From positions 35,526,001 through 35,590,000 of the forward strand of contig CM114271.1 of the NCBI GenBank assembly GCA_050084515.1: a stretch of 64,000 nucleotides of DNA. The letters run 5' to 3'. This document shows, piece by piece, positions 48,806 to 60,996 of the stretch. How positions within the stretch are numbered: the first letter of the stretch is position 1; every line of letters starts with the position of its first letter. Under the pieces are notes generated by a model, which did no database searches, was not told the origin of the DNA, and saw nothing but the letters and a program-made list of their open reading frames with translations. The translations under genes were made by a program, and so were the position numbers. The stretch is from Blasia pusilla. Lineage: Eukaryota.

Positions 48806-50935
48806 GACATAGTATTGGCAACCCGAGACCCTAATCCCCTCTGGAGATTTGAATACATAAAAACCTTTATTGCACAAAGGCAATAAAGGTTGTCGATACT
48901 AAGTCTATTGCCCAGCTTTTCTCCACAATCCCAAGTCGTTGTACATCCGTTCCTATCGGTCCAATTCGTCGTCAAAAGATTTATGCGTTCTTCGCAACTT
49001 GCAACAACTCTTGGCCATGGCTTTGGTAAACTTTCTTCTCCTATACTTCTTAGTCTCTCCTAGTGGCCTACGCTGTATAAATTATGAGTGACACACGCTG
49101 AAATTGAAAATGGGCTGATTTTCTCACCCAAGTTGAGTTTACTTACCCAAACATTTACTAACCAAAGACGAGAGGATCCCAGCGCTCTCTTCAAAGAACA
49201 GCTCAGTTTGCTGTCTTATGCAGACGCTGACAAAGACGGAGCAAGACTAGTCTTGAGAGTTTTTGGAGCTAAAGATATGGTTCATTGAGAGGACTATTCA
49301 TCGTCGTCGAGTTTTTGTGAGGGGTTAGGAGTGAGTTTGAGAGGAGGAAAGACATCTAGAAAACCGAGGGAAGGAAATCAGACTCGAGCAAGGAATCCGC
49401 TCGACATGGAGGGCCCTTTTCCGTTGCACTGGAGCCTCGCCCATGGAAATTAAGGAAGCAACAAAACGCATGTCATTCGTAGGAAACCCGTAATTAATAT
49501 AACTCGACCGAGAATAGACTCAATGGTAGCTTGAAGAATTGCAGGACACTGCTAGTCGCAACACGCGCGATGCTTTCACTACTGATGGTTAATGAGCCCC
49601 ATGTGTGTCAGGTAAGCTTCAGACTGAAATGCAGGAACCAGCTACTATGAAAATCGATGGACGACAGCGACGGAATCGACATACTTGGGGACTTGCTCAG
49701 CAGCTTGTCGAATTCCAGCAAATGAGCATGAGGACCGCTTGAAATGTCTGTCCGAGCAATGCATACGCCGCCGTCACCTTTCTCCTGAGATCGATCTCCA
49801 CGGCCTGCCTAGTAGACGTCAAAAGTTGGATGACTTGAGAATGTGTCCAAATTCGTGGCTTCCCTCAATGCTCATCTGAGTTCAGAGCCCTGACAACCGG
49901 CGCTCGGGAAAGCAATTCTTGAAGCATGAGCACTGCGCCCTTCATACGAGTAGTTCCTGGTCAAATCGACAGACACGGTTCCACGATCGAAGGCTCGGTA
50001 TCATTATGCAGTACCCTCGTTACATTGCTGCGTGACTTGAGGGTGATGCAGGAGTTTAGAAGAGAAGAAACCCTCACATGTACTTATGTTCATTGAAGTC
50101 GTTTGGGAATCCAACAGCTCCAACTAAACCATTCACGATAAGATGTTCCTACAGCTGACGACACGAAGGTGCATTCACAAAGCACCGGGCAGAAGTGAAG
50201 TTAGTGATTCTGAGCAAAATCCCTAAATCGTAGAAGAATTGAAATTGGCGGAAATCGGAGAGGCCGGGAGGCAACGGATCGGAGGGTGGACGGAAATGTG
50301 AACCGGTAGATGCATTTTCGCTCCTCCAAGACTGGAGTCGATGGAATCGGGCAGAGTTGGTCAACCGCGAACTCCTGCAGCCTGCTTTGGGCAGTGAATG
50401 TAACTAAGCATTCAAATTTAGATACAAAGCGTTGGTGTGTGTGTGTGTGTAGGTCTTGAGTATAATCACATTGCATTTGCAGTAATTCACAAGCACTAGT
50501 CCGTCTTAATCATTCCCCATCACCGCAACCACTAAGCTCATAAGTCTAGCAGGACAGCTTTCTTTCAGTCTCCGATTCTCTCATCCACTCGCATTCATTC
50601 ATCACGAACGCGAGCTCGACAGGAACTGTGAGAATTGACCGAATACAATTTGGGTTGGCACGCCCATTCCGAGAGACTGGTCAGCAGACAAATCGTTTGC
50701 AAGCCCTGGCATTCAAAGCTTGGGACCATAACCACTTGGTTCTCTGTACAAAGTGAAGTTTGGTTTGAGCATCTTCCGAAGACCCTCCAATTACTTCACC
50801 GGTCTGGGGAGGGTTTACACCGCAAACCCACGGGCCATAAATTTTCTCAGTCAGTGAAAGAGAGTAGATTACGCATTCACTGACGTTCCATACCAGCTCT
50901 AATCAATGATCTGTGTAGAGCTCTACGAATCGGGT

Positions 50936-50981
<46 letters not shown>

Positions 50982-50992
50982 GTGTGTACAGA

Positions 50993-51787
50993 CTAAGGAT
51001 TTGCAGAGGGATTGACGAGTACAGCTGATTTAGGGTTGTTCATGGGAGGGCCTTGAGCGGAGCGTTGGAGATCGGTCAATTTGAACGTCACCAGCTTGTC
51101 CCAATTGCCTCCCTCGAACAAAACACCTGCCCTTCCATCGGTAACTCTCTGCACAATTCCTGTGAACATGTAGTACGGATTCTTGGGCTCTTTCACAAGA
51201 ACTGTCATGCCTGGCATCAGAAGCGGAGGGACCACTGTCTTCGCCTTCAGCCCTGGCCCTCCAATCTCCGCCCGCAGTCTCTCTAGCTCTTTAGATCCCT
51301 TCGTCACAATCGGAGGCGGGTACTCCTGCAAGAATTGTCTCAGTCCTTTCTCACCCCCTGGGAATCCCCCCACCATACCCGACATCTCCTTCCCGAAAGC
51401 ATCATATCCCTCAATCCCGTCCTTCGCTTGGCCGCTTCCATCCTTTCCATCCTTCTGCTTCTTCCCTCCAGCGCTGTCATACTTCTGCAGCAGCTTCTTC
51501 TTTCCTTCATCCGTATTCAAGCCTGCCTCTCCACCCTGTAGACCTCTTCCTCCCAACGCCTGCCAGAAATCGAATCCACCCTCCGCCTTCACGCAAATTC
51601 GCGCACCTCCCGTCCTCTTCTCAGTCTCCAATTTTCCGCCCCTCTTCAATTTTCCTGCTCCGCATCCCCACAGCTCGCTCCTTTCGCGTGCAATTGCACC
51701 CCTTGTGCTGCAGCCCGATCGCTCGAAGCCCACAGACGCAGCGCACGCAGATCCCGCTCCACACTGCACTTGCGCAGCCATCGCCAT
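50993..51787 (-). CDS. ndhS: Chloroplast NAD(P)H dehydrogenase-like complex subunit S (CRR31, ferredoxin-binding SH3-like fold)
   Basis: Single 264-aa ORF: transit-peptide-like N-terminus, FDFWQALGGRG, GGFPGGEKGLRQFLQEYPPP, and the NdhS domain PPLLMPGMTVLVKEPKNPYYMFTGIVQRVTDGRAGVLFEGGNWDKLVTF. Confidence 0.96.
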   Translation of the reverse strand: MAMAAQVQCGAGSACAASVGFERSGCSTRGAIARERSELWGCGAGKLKRGGKLETEKRTGGARICVKAEGGFDFWQALGGRGLQGGEAGLNTDEGKKKLLQKYDSAGGKKQKDGKDGSGQAKDGIEGYDAFGKEMSGMVGGFPGGEKGLRQFLQEYPPPIVTKGSKELERLRAEIGGPGLKAKTVVPPLLMPGMTVLVKEPKNPYYMFTGIVQRVTDGRAGVLFEGGNWDKLVTFKLTDLQRSAQGPPMNNPKSAVLVNPSANP

Positions 51788-52317
51788 TGCCCCCGATTTT
51801 CTTCAATCCTCCGCTCCGCCTCTTGTCCCTTCAGCTTTTCTTTTCCTCCTTTCTCTCGTCTTTTCCTTCCGTTTCTCTTACTTTCCTTCCGTCTCCTCTC
51901 CCTTCTTATCGTCTCGTCGTTGCCAGCGCCTTCGAACGAGCCGCTAAAGGAGCTGCGGGTTTCGCTTGAAGGCGTGCCACATACGAATTGCGATAAGGGA
52001 GTTAGCCGTGCGGGAAATGCCATAATTCAGATTAGTTCCTTCCCTACCATTATTAAGGAGGTTTAATTCGCAACTAGTGCGCGGCCCCTTAAGAGGGGTG
52101 TAGGACAAATAGATGGATAGGATAGACGGAGAAGAAAAAAATTAGGGAGAACTTGTAAAGATCTTCTAGAAAATACAAGTTCGTTGATTTCAAAGGGCAA
52201 TAAGAAAATATTTCGGTATAAAATAAAATTATATACGGGACCAATACTTATACAACAATGAAGAGTTGTACCTTAGCGTCAAGAAATGAGAGAGAGAATA
52301 CATATGTTTAAAAGTGA

Positions 52318-52575
52318 CTAGTAAGGTGCCCGTGTGATGCACGGGACATAAGAAAGTGTTTGAAGAGTATATGTTAGTGTATAGCTCGTGAAGGGAAGGG
52401 GATAATGATATCAATGTGTATCTCATGAAGGGAAGGAATTCATGATGTTTCACACAAATTTAAACTTTTTTCCTTGTCGCATGTAGCATGTGAAACATTT
52501 TCTTGCTGCCCAATTGTCTCGTGTCAAACAGAGAGGTGTTTGCAAATCAAGAAGGCACTCTCCCATAATATAGAT
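52318..52575 (-). mobile_element. Mini-Helitron family A, copy 2
   Basis: Minus strand: A|TCTATATTATGGGAGAGTGCCTTCTTGATTTGCAAACACC...CCCGTGCATCACACGGGCACCTTACTAG|T. Confidence 0.85.
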
Positions 52576-53899
52576 AGTAGTAAACTGCCTATGTACATCC
52601 TAAGTCCATTTAGGACCCTCCATTTGCAATGGGAGATTTGATATTTTGACCAAGACTAACTAAAATGGTAAAAAAAAGGTTAGATCACAGCTAACTACAA
52701 TGGTAACAAATGAACAAAAAGGATAGATCTAATTGCAAATTTTTTAATCATTTTGAGCATGCCTACATTCGGCCTTTTGAGAACAATTTTTGTTAGCGAG
52801 TTACACTCCATGTGCTACATCTTTTGCAAAAGTGTATACATCATAACTTCCTTGTGTAAAATGCAAGGTGAAATTATTTGCAGACACATGCTTGCATGGT
52901 AGGTAGAAGCATGCGATCGTTGGCTTCAATGTGTATGTCTGAATACTAGAAATCTACCATCACGGAAGCAACTAGATTTGAGTCCAAATTAATTACCATA
53001 AATGAAGAATGCAAATAATACAAAGCTCGGAAACTGGATCAACTTGGCTTGTATTTTATAGTATAAAAATTGCAAATATTGGATATACATTTCAATTGGA
53101 ATGAAGCAAAGCGAACAATTGTCTTGGAACGACTTCGGAAAAAAATTGCATTTTTGCCATGAATGCCAAATCTCTTGTAACAGAACTACCTAAAACATTC
53201 ACATGAATTAGAGTTCATAGCAGCTACAATTACCCTACTTGCATAAAATCAAGAATTCTACTACTACAATTAATTTTTTCTAGCATGAATAGAGCCTACA
53301 CTTCTACATTTTTAAGTCAATTACTCTAGCAACTACAAATTGCATAAATACAACATTACTATGTCATACTATAGGTATCATTTTAACCAATGTCATGAAC
53401 CATGCATGTGCATGTGTCAACTTGTCCTTGAGTCTATCAATCTCTGCTATGTGAATATTAATGTCTTTAGCTTGAGAATTTGCGATATTCTGCATGACGT
53501 TGAGCTACTCTTGGGATTGCAAGTATTTGTAGTCTAATGCCTCAGTGTTGTTGATTGCCATCACGTATACATGACTAGGGATAATATCCTGCTTGTAAAT
53601 TTGGTTAGTGATTGGTGGTCAGAGTTCTTCTCGGCATGTTGCAATCGTTGACGAGCATTGTCTCCTACACTTATGCAAGGAATCCGGTGCAAAACCAACA
53701 TAAAACCAACATGTATAGGTGATAGCACTTGTTCACGAGATACTCACAACTCATGAATATGTGCAACCAAACTTCCTACAATGTGCGCAATGTATAGTTC
53801 ACTAGTTTGACATTAAAACATTGAGAGCTTAGATCACAAAAACACATAGGAGTCGAACCACGAAATTGCACTAATCAAATTCTTAATTACCGCAGAAAG

Positions 53900-56690
53900 A
53901 GGTGAGCAAGAAGTCACCTTTGCACACATAGATGATGTTTCTCGTGGTGATTGCAATGTAATCCTTAGAATTTATCCGCAAATGATTTGAACTTGTCTTT
54001 ATATACTCTAATAAAAAATCAGTACAATTGCCAAGAAGATAAAAAGGATGAATGTGTCTTGCAATTAAATTTTGAACCATGTCAGGCGGATTGGAAAAAC
54101 TCAAGATATCAAGAGAAGATACAAAGAAGCTCATGTAGTAAATATTACCAAAGCTTTATTAAAAAAGATGAAATGTTCTATGAATATTATATAGACATTA
54201 AAAACATCCAAAATTAAGGCCGATCTATATAATCTAGCATGCATTTAATAGGAGTTTTGGAAAATTGCACACATAAAACTATAACATTGAGGCAAATATT
54301 TGCTATGTCACATAAGTGGCTATCATCGAATATAACTACGTTGCTTTATAAAATAATCTTTGATGTAATAGTCAATTGTGGCAATGAATTGTCTATCAAA
54401 TTCTCCACTAGACGTAAAAAAAGTTTCAAGTCATAGAATCATAATGTAGGTCTCAAAAGTTAGGGTAATCTTGAAAATTGTGATCTTAGAACATTTTCAT
54501 ATAGACAATGGTCATATGATAGTGTCAAAAAATGTCATCTTTACTATCTTTCTCATTATGGAAAATTTTGTCTAGGCCTCCAATGGATTTGCAATATGTC
54601 AATGTATCTACATTATTAGACACAGAATCCAACTTAGTTCAATAAATCCTCGATGCATGATCATCGAATCTATATTTTTGATAAATTAATAAATGACAAA
54701 AGCACGAAGAAATAGTAGAGGAAATCACAAAGTTTGTCAACAATCACACATACGTATTATACATACTTCCTCTTATTTGGCAACTTTGGCACTGGGGGAT
54801 AGTTATACAAAAGCATATTGTCGTTACGCTGAAGAGGATAGGATCCGAAAGTCCTTTGCCTTGACCTATCGCCCATATGAGGAGGCATTATATTTCCTTG
54901 AATTGTGTATTATGTTGTCACTTCAAAAGGATTCTAACATGTTATATCATTTTACTAATTCCATTGTTTCTATCCAAACATATCTCCATACCTGAATTGT
55001 ACATTGCTAAGTATAATAAATTGAGGTACATCATCATCAGGTATGTCTAGCATATCACTTAGTATCATATTTGCAAATTTGGAGGTGTATTTTTGGCACT
55101 TGGATGTGTGCATGTTAGAAAAAAAAATTCATTATGTGAAAGCAAATTTTAAAAAAATTGTGGCAATGTATACATGTTTTGCTTATAGCGGATCTCCAAG
55201 TCTTGTAGGTTATGAATCCACATTAATTGGAAGTATTCTTGTGGTTATCGGAGCCTATATGGTATAAGTATGCCTATTAGCCCACATGTTGTCATTTGAT
55301 TCGGAGCTTGCCATACCGATTGAACAGTATAGTTGTCATTTTCTTGATCATTTCAACTGTGCGAATGGGATACAATTCCTTGGGATGCCATCTTCTAACA
55401 TGAAAAAATGGATTAGTAGAAGATAAATACAAGTCTAATTGTCCATATTACTGTTGGTCAAAAACTTGAAGATCAACAAGACCTCATTTTCCTAAAATTG
55501 GAAGTTGGGATGTTGATTTGACCTTGGAAAGCATAGCATAAACAAACCCAAGTCCAAAGGCTGACTTAACGACTACAAGGCATTTTCAATATATTGTAAG
55601 TCCCTTACTTTTATGTCCAATCAATGAATATCTAAATGTCAAGGGAAAGCTTCTTTCATAGAACTTCTCGTATTGCATAAATTTCCATACTGCGTAGTTG
55701 GTCCATGTAACTTTATCAAGTTGTTGGATGGAAAAACTTCAAACCAAATTTTTGGATATAATGTCATCATTGTATGCTACACTAGGTACAATTGTTGCAA
55801 AGCCTATAACAAACTAGATTTTAAGATTAATATTGGAGGTCAACAAGACATGTAGCTTTTCATACTAACTTGGGAGATTATTTACATGATTTCTCCATGA
55901 TAGGGTCATTTAGAGTAACAAGATAATAAATGTTATTGAAACTCTCTATGGAAATTATATTTATGACATCATCTTTTTAGGAATACTATTTTGACCAAGA
56001 AATTATGATGTCAATAAGATAAATGCAAAAATCATGTCTAGATCGTGTGGAGAGGTAATAATAACATTCTCAAGTGTCGATTTTTTTATGGATTCAAAAT
56101 TGAAAGTAATTTAGGGCTTAGGATATAGATATTACTCTTGAAAATTAGGCGTTATATGTAGAACTAACTTACCTCAGTGTTGAATCTTTTCCAAACAAGG
56201 AGGTGAGCCATATTTATCTTAAAAGAATCCTTAAACACATGCCTATTTCTAGGCTACCTCTCCATCATTTACGTTTGAAGATTGATGAGTCAATCAATGA
56301 CATGACGAGCAAATAAAATTCAATTGACGATTCACGAATTTGTATGACATATGATGGATGTTTAAATTATCCTAGGGAAGAATATTGGAGATTGAATTTT
56401 TGTTCCAAGTATCCTATTGATAACATGGTACTTTGATTTTCCTTTTGATCTAGTAAGATTACAATTTCTTATCCACTCAACTTTTGCCATAAATATTACT
56501 AATTCTTTTGGTCAAGTTTTACAAAAAGTTTAAAATTGACTTGTATGATCATATTTTCTCATGGCCAATTACTCATAACATGATTTCGAGTACGACATAG
56601 GAATTAGATCTATGTCATGATTGAAAGTGAGGCACCTTCAAATAAAGAAGGAAACTATGTATGTAATGTGGTATATTAAGAGGTTATTAG
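53900..56690 (+). mobile_element. Decayed autonomous-type Helitron Rep/PIF1 helicase coding remnant
   Basis: Helicase motifs at 55.6-56.7 kb: L*PRNYDVNKIN (cf. LAPTNEDVDEIN), LPLHHLRLKI (LPPHKLRLKV), FVPSILL..FPFDLVRLQFLIHSTFAINITNSFGQVLQKV..FSHGQL (FIPRI..LPF.LxRRQFPIRLAFAMTINKSQGQTL..FSHGQL), NVVY*EV (NVVYKEV). Weaker Rep-like traces at 53.9-54.4 kb; heavily mutated. Confidence 0.85.
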
Positions 56691-58014
56691 ATGAAACAAA
56701 TATCTTCATATTTCATTATTTATCTCACATACATCCATACAATTCATTTATATTTTAGTTATTTTCAATGTCAAGCATAGTCACCTAAAAACATCTATAA
56801 AATTAAAATAATTTAATATTTCAATAGTAGAGAAAAAATATTTGTATATATAAAACTAAGTTAAATAAAATTTAAATTACATCATGTTAATTAAGACTGC
56901 ATATAGAGTCCTTTTGGGTGATCCCTAGGTTTCACATTCGTTCATTTGCTCGCGGTTTAGGGCTGTGTATGACTTTTCCTGTTAGTTACAATTACATCAA
57001 AATCAAGGGAAAATTTTAATAATGAAAAATTAAAATTTACTCAAAAATAATAGATAAGAAAATTCTTGAAAAATAACATGTGATATTCAATCATGAATGG
57101 TTTTATATCTCTTAAGAACAAAAATTATAGAAAATTGAAAGAATATCTTAAAAGATAACATCTTGTAAGTATAAAATCATATTGGTCAAGAATTATCTTT
57201 CAAGAAAATATTCTTTGAAATTTTTTTATATCAAACTAGTGTGTGGATCTCAGAGTTTACCGTGCGTATTGTGTTTCTAAAATTATCTACAAAGTCCTAA
57301 AAATATTAAATCTATATTTTTAGAGTAAATTGTAGCGTTGGATATATGAAAGAAAACTCCAACTAACACAACAGAAAACTTCTATTTAAAATAACTCATT
57401 ATATTCGGGACTATAAATAATAAGAAGGACAAGAAATATATCTTTCAACTATCTAAACCATAATTTACACATAGAATATAGAAATATAATTCTCTACAAA
57501 GAAAAATTTATTAAAATTAAGTTATATTTAAAATATGTAAAAGAAGACTCTGGATGAATATCTCATTGCAAAGGAGTAAATATTTATGGACTTGATGTTA
57601 GTAAGGTTTTGGTTTGAATTAATTCTTTATCCTTATTCCCCCACCTTCATACCCCATGAAGTTTAAGCTCCATGGAGTTTAAATTTTAGATGTGCAAGAA
57701 TATTTTATCAATCAAAATTATATATTTGATTGATGTTTTGTATTTTCAATTTTTTGGGATAGCATCGCTAAAAAATCACCACTACTTTGATTCTATTTTG
57801 GGAATAAGTAAGAGGGACCTATAGAATTTTCAAAATCATTGGAGAATCTAGCTCACGTCATTAGAAAAAAAAATCTTGCATTTGACGACTTGTAATGATT
57901 GACAATCCATACAATTGTACAAACTAACTTATTGATGAGTCATGACTAAGGCTACCAAGTCATTAATATGTGACTAACACATAAAAAAATAAATCTTTTT
58001 GCTCCTTATTTTTT

Positions 58015-58270
58015 TCCCTCCATCCATCCGTTTTCCTTCCCTCCTCTCTTTGTTTTCTATCCATCCATTTGTTGTCTTTTTGCATTTTGTCCATCGCTAA
58101 ATTCTCCTACTCTCCATCCGTTCATCCGTCATCTATATCCATTTTCTATTAATCTTCCCTCTATCCATCCATTCTTCGTCCATCAGCAGTCCATCCATCC
58201 ATAAATTCTCCCATTCTCCATTCGTTTGCTTACCTCCATCTCTCCGTTCGTCCCCTACCTCCATCTATTA
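58015..58270. repeat. Degenerate (CCAT/CCGT)n pyrimidine-rich simple repeat
   Basis: Many CCATCCATCC and CCATCCGTT units in a strand-biased tract. Confidence 0.6.
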
Positions 58271-58281
58271 AAAAAAAATTT

Positions 58282-58348
58282 GAAGGGTGGAGGATTTGAA
58301 CCTCAACATCTTCACTAAAGTAAGACGCACTACCACTATCCTATGCAC
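58282..58348 (-). mobile_element. tRNA-derived (SINE-head-like) remnant
   Basis: Minus strand has A-box-like TAGGATAGTGG and B-box GGTTCAAATCC about 30 nt apart, followed by an oligo-T run; no complete cloverleaf. Confidence 0.45.
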
Positions 58349-58726
58349 TTGCTAATGTATGACACCTATTCATTTAAAAGCGTTAGAAGATAACCTCTAC
58401 CAATTTGGTAGATCTTTATTTTTATGCCTAAAATTCTCTTTGAAAATAAGTGATAGTCTAAATGGATAATAAAGAATATAAAATGAAAAACTAGTTTATC
58501 TCTATATAGGTGAAAGTAAACTATTTAAATTCTTAAAGATATTTTTTTGGAAATATAAACCATTCAAATGAAATTTAGGAATTCGAGGGTTTGTGCTAAA
58601 TTTACAAGTTGTCCAAAAATTGGAAAAATGTATTGTATCATATATAATGAATAAAAATTACGTCTTGTATATAATGTGAGTTTTATTGAAATAATCTTGA
58701 TTAGTATTTCTTGAGTATAAACTCAA

Positions 58727-58936
58727 TAGTAAGGTGGCTGTCAATGCACGAGAAATTAAAAAAGTGTTTGGAGAGCTTTTGCTAGTGAAGAGAAGCGACT
58801 AATGATGGTGTGCAAAAATTTAATTTCTTTTCTTGCTGCCTGTAGAATGTGGAATATTGTGTTGTTGCCCTGGTGCCACATGTCAAACCGAAAGGTATTT
58901 GCAAAGCAAGAAGGCACTCTCCCATAATAATATCGA
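58727..58936 (-). mobile_element. Mini-Helitron family A, copy 3 (more diverged)
   Basis: Homologous along its length to 52318-52575 (TAGTAAGGTG..ATGCACG..AAAGTGTTTG..TGTCAAAC..TTTGCAAA..AAGAAGGCACTCTCCCATAATA). Confidence 0.75.
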
Positions 58937-60635
58937 TATTTGGATCATTTCTAAATAGGTGAGGGCTTCCACAATAAAATGAGGAATAAATTCTCCATTA
59001 TTTGAAAGTAGAGAAATTAGACAACCATAATCGGAAATAAGCATGCATAAATATTTTATTTTATTTAAAATAATATTAAAAAATTAAGGAAATATCCAAT
59101 ATGTTCAAATTAGAAAAATAAAATTTGAGTGTGAAAAAATTAAAAAATTTCATTGGCTGAAAAATATAATATTCCAAAATTTATTAAAAAATCAATCATC
59201 TTGAAAAATTTTTTAGGGATTTTAATGGTATTAGTCTTGTTGAATATTTTTTCCTTCTTCCACAAATTAATATTTTTGAATAAGTTAAAGCCTTCATATA
59301 TGGACTAGAAGTATATGGGTTTATATATGAAGGAAAAGAAACTCAAAATCCAAAATCTAAAATAAAATTTTGATCACGGAAAAGAATTTATAGTTCTTAA
59401 GGGTATAAAAAAGATTGTCTAATCAATAATTTAATTGTTATTAAAATATTCTTAATAAAATGTCCTTCCTACTAGAACTAAAAAAATCTTTTATGGTAAT
59501 TTTTGAAATAGATCTTATATGAATTTTGAATCAAATTGATTTAAATCATATTTTATATATGATATTTAATGATATTTAAATTATTTTATAAATATTTTTC
59601 ATAGATTTGACAAGAGTTTCTTTATAAGTGATGAAGATATGACTCTAGGCTTGGTAAGTTATTAAAATGAAATCAAATCGATCAAGAGATAATTTGAGTT
59701 ATTTTATATCCAAGTATTTCATTTTTGAGTCATAAAAATCATAATTTTCTTTTAGTGTGTTATATGAATTGATATTGTAAAATTGAAGAAAATTAGTACT
59801 ACTAGTTTTGTAAGGGTCTAAGGAATTCAAAATGCTCCTGAATCTCATGTGTCCTTTCACAAACTTAAAAATTTGTTTTTCCTTCAAAAGTTAAACTTTG
59901 TTGCGAAGACTTTTTTAAATATTTTTTGCACATAAAGAATTCGTCTTCTTTATTTCTAGGATCACTTCATTAAACTTTTTTTAGTAAACATAACTTATAT
60001 GTGTAGTGCCCAAACCATGAAACTTGTGTTCTAAATTCTACTATGCTTTACTCCTTAGGGTTTGTTGACCCTACAATACAAATGGCATAAGTCCCTCCCC
60101 TTAAGAAGCCCAATATGTTGTTTTGCTTGGACATAATTACACTAGCATATTTTAAGGTGTGTCAAAGACTTTTACACAATACTTAAATGCTCTCCCGCTC
60201 TTGAATGTGCATTGATTGAAGATTCCTCCATCCTCATGAATAAGGAGTGAGATCTTTGCATGTGGCTAGAGTGAAATTTATAGTTCATATTTGTACCTTG
60301 ATATGGGTGGGATTATAACTCATCATTTTGCAATCTAAAAGTCCTAAAGAGCATTAAATTTTTGGACTTAGTAGCATGACCTTGGAGATGCCCCTATGAC
60401 CCTCTAATGGCATGGCTCTTTTCAAAAAAGTTATGAAGATATTTTGATCAATGAACAAATGGCATATAACACTTGTAAGAAGTAATTTTCACAAATAGAT
60501 AAAGTAAATTTAGGGCTCCAATGTAGCCTATAAGTAATTGAAACGTCCCTCCTAAGTTGAAATTGCTCCAAATTCCATGAAACCAAACCTATTTCTACCG
60601 GCACTCTTCAAGATGCTTGAAAAAGAAGTATCAAT

Positions 60636-60996
60636 CTATATTATGATCTGCGACCCTATATGCACAATCGGACAAAATAGCAACAAGCTTGCAATTTGGT
60701 GCCTTAATTGTACTTGATATTTTGGGAAGGGAAAATAAATAGAAGAGGAAAATGATTTCATTAATTAAAATAAACTAGTGATGTTATTAATATGTGTTAT
60801 TTTGATGAGAGAAGTGGTGAGGGAGGAGTAAGTATTGGCAAAACTATTTAAGGGAATGGGGTTTTATTTAAATTTTAATTGAAAACTGAAATTATCTAGA
60901 AGAGTGGAACGTTATTATTTTTTTGAGATTTGAGAATTTAGAAATTGGATTATATTTTTTTAGTTAAAAAAATTATTTAAAAGTCTTGCTAACTAA
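60636..60996 (+). mobile_element. AT-rich Helitron-like insert flanked by a ~73-bp direct repeat
   Basis: Starts A|TCTATATTATG, contains the shared minisatellite units, degenerate end CTAACTAA|T; direct repeats at ~60559-60631 and ~61003-61076. Confidence 0.5.

Noticed and set aside
49200-50900. Additional gene between the inverted repeat and ndhS
   Set aside because: GC-moderate and has splice-like sites, but no consistent reading frame or recognisable protein; may be ndhS 3' UTR or non-coding.
51183-51947. 254-aa + strand ORF
   Set aside because: Antisense to ndhS; Pro/Phe/Ser bias mirrors the Gly/Lys/Glu codons of the real gene.
6340-52000. Functional gene cluster (carrier, Eda, ABCG, NdhS)
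   Set aside because: Several products may be plastid-related, but no shared pathway or co-regulation is visible in the sequence; adjacency alone is not evidence.
58282-58348. Functional tRNA gene
   Set aside because: Acceptor and D stems do not pair; only the promoter boxes remain.
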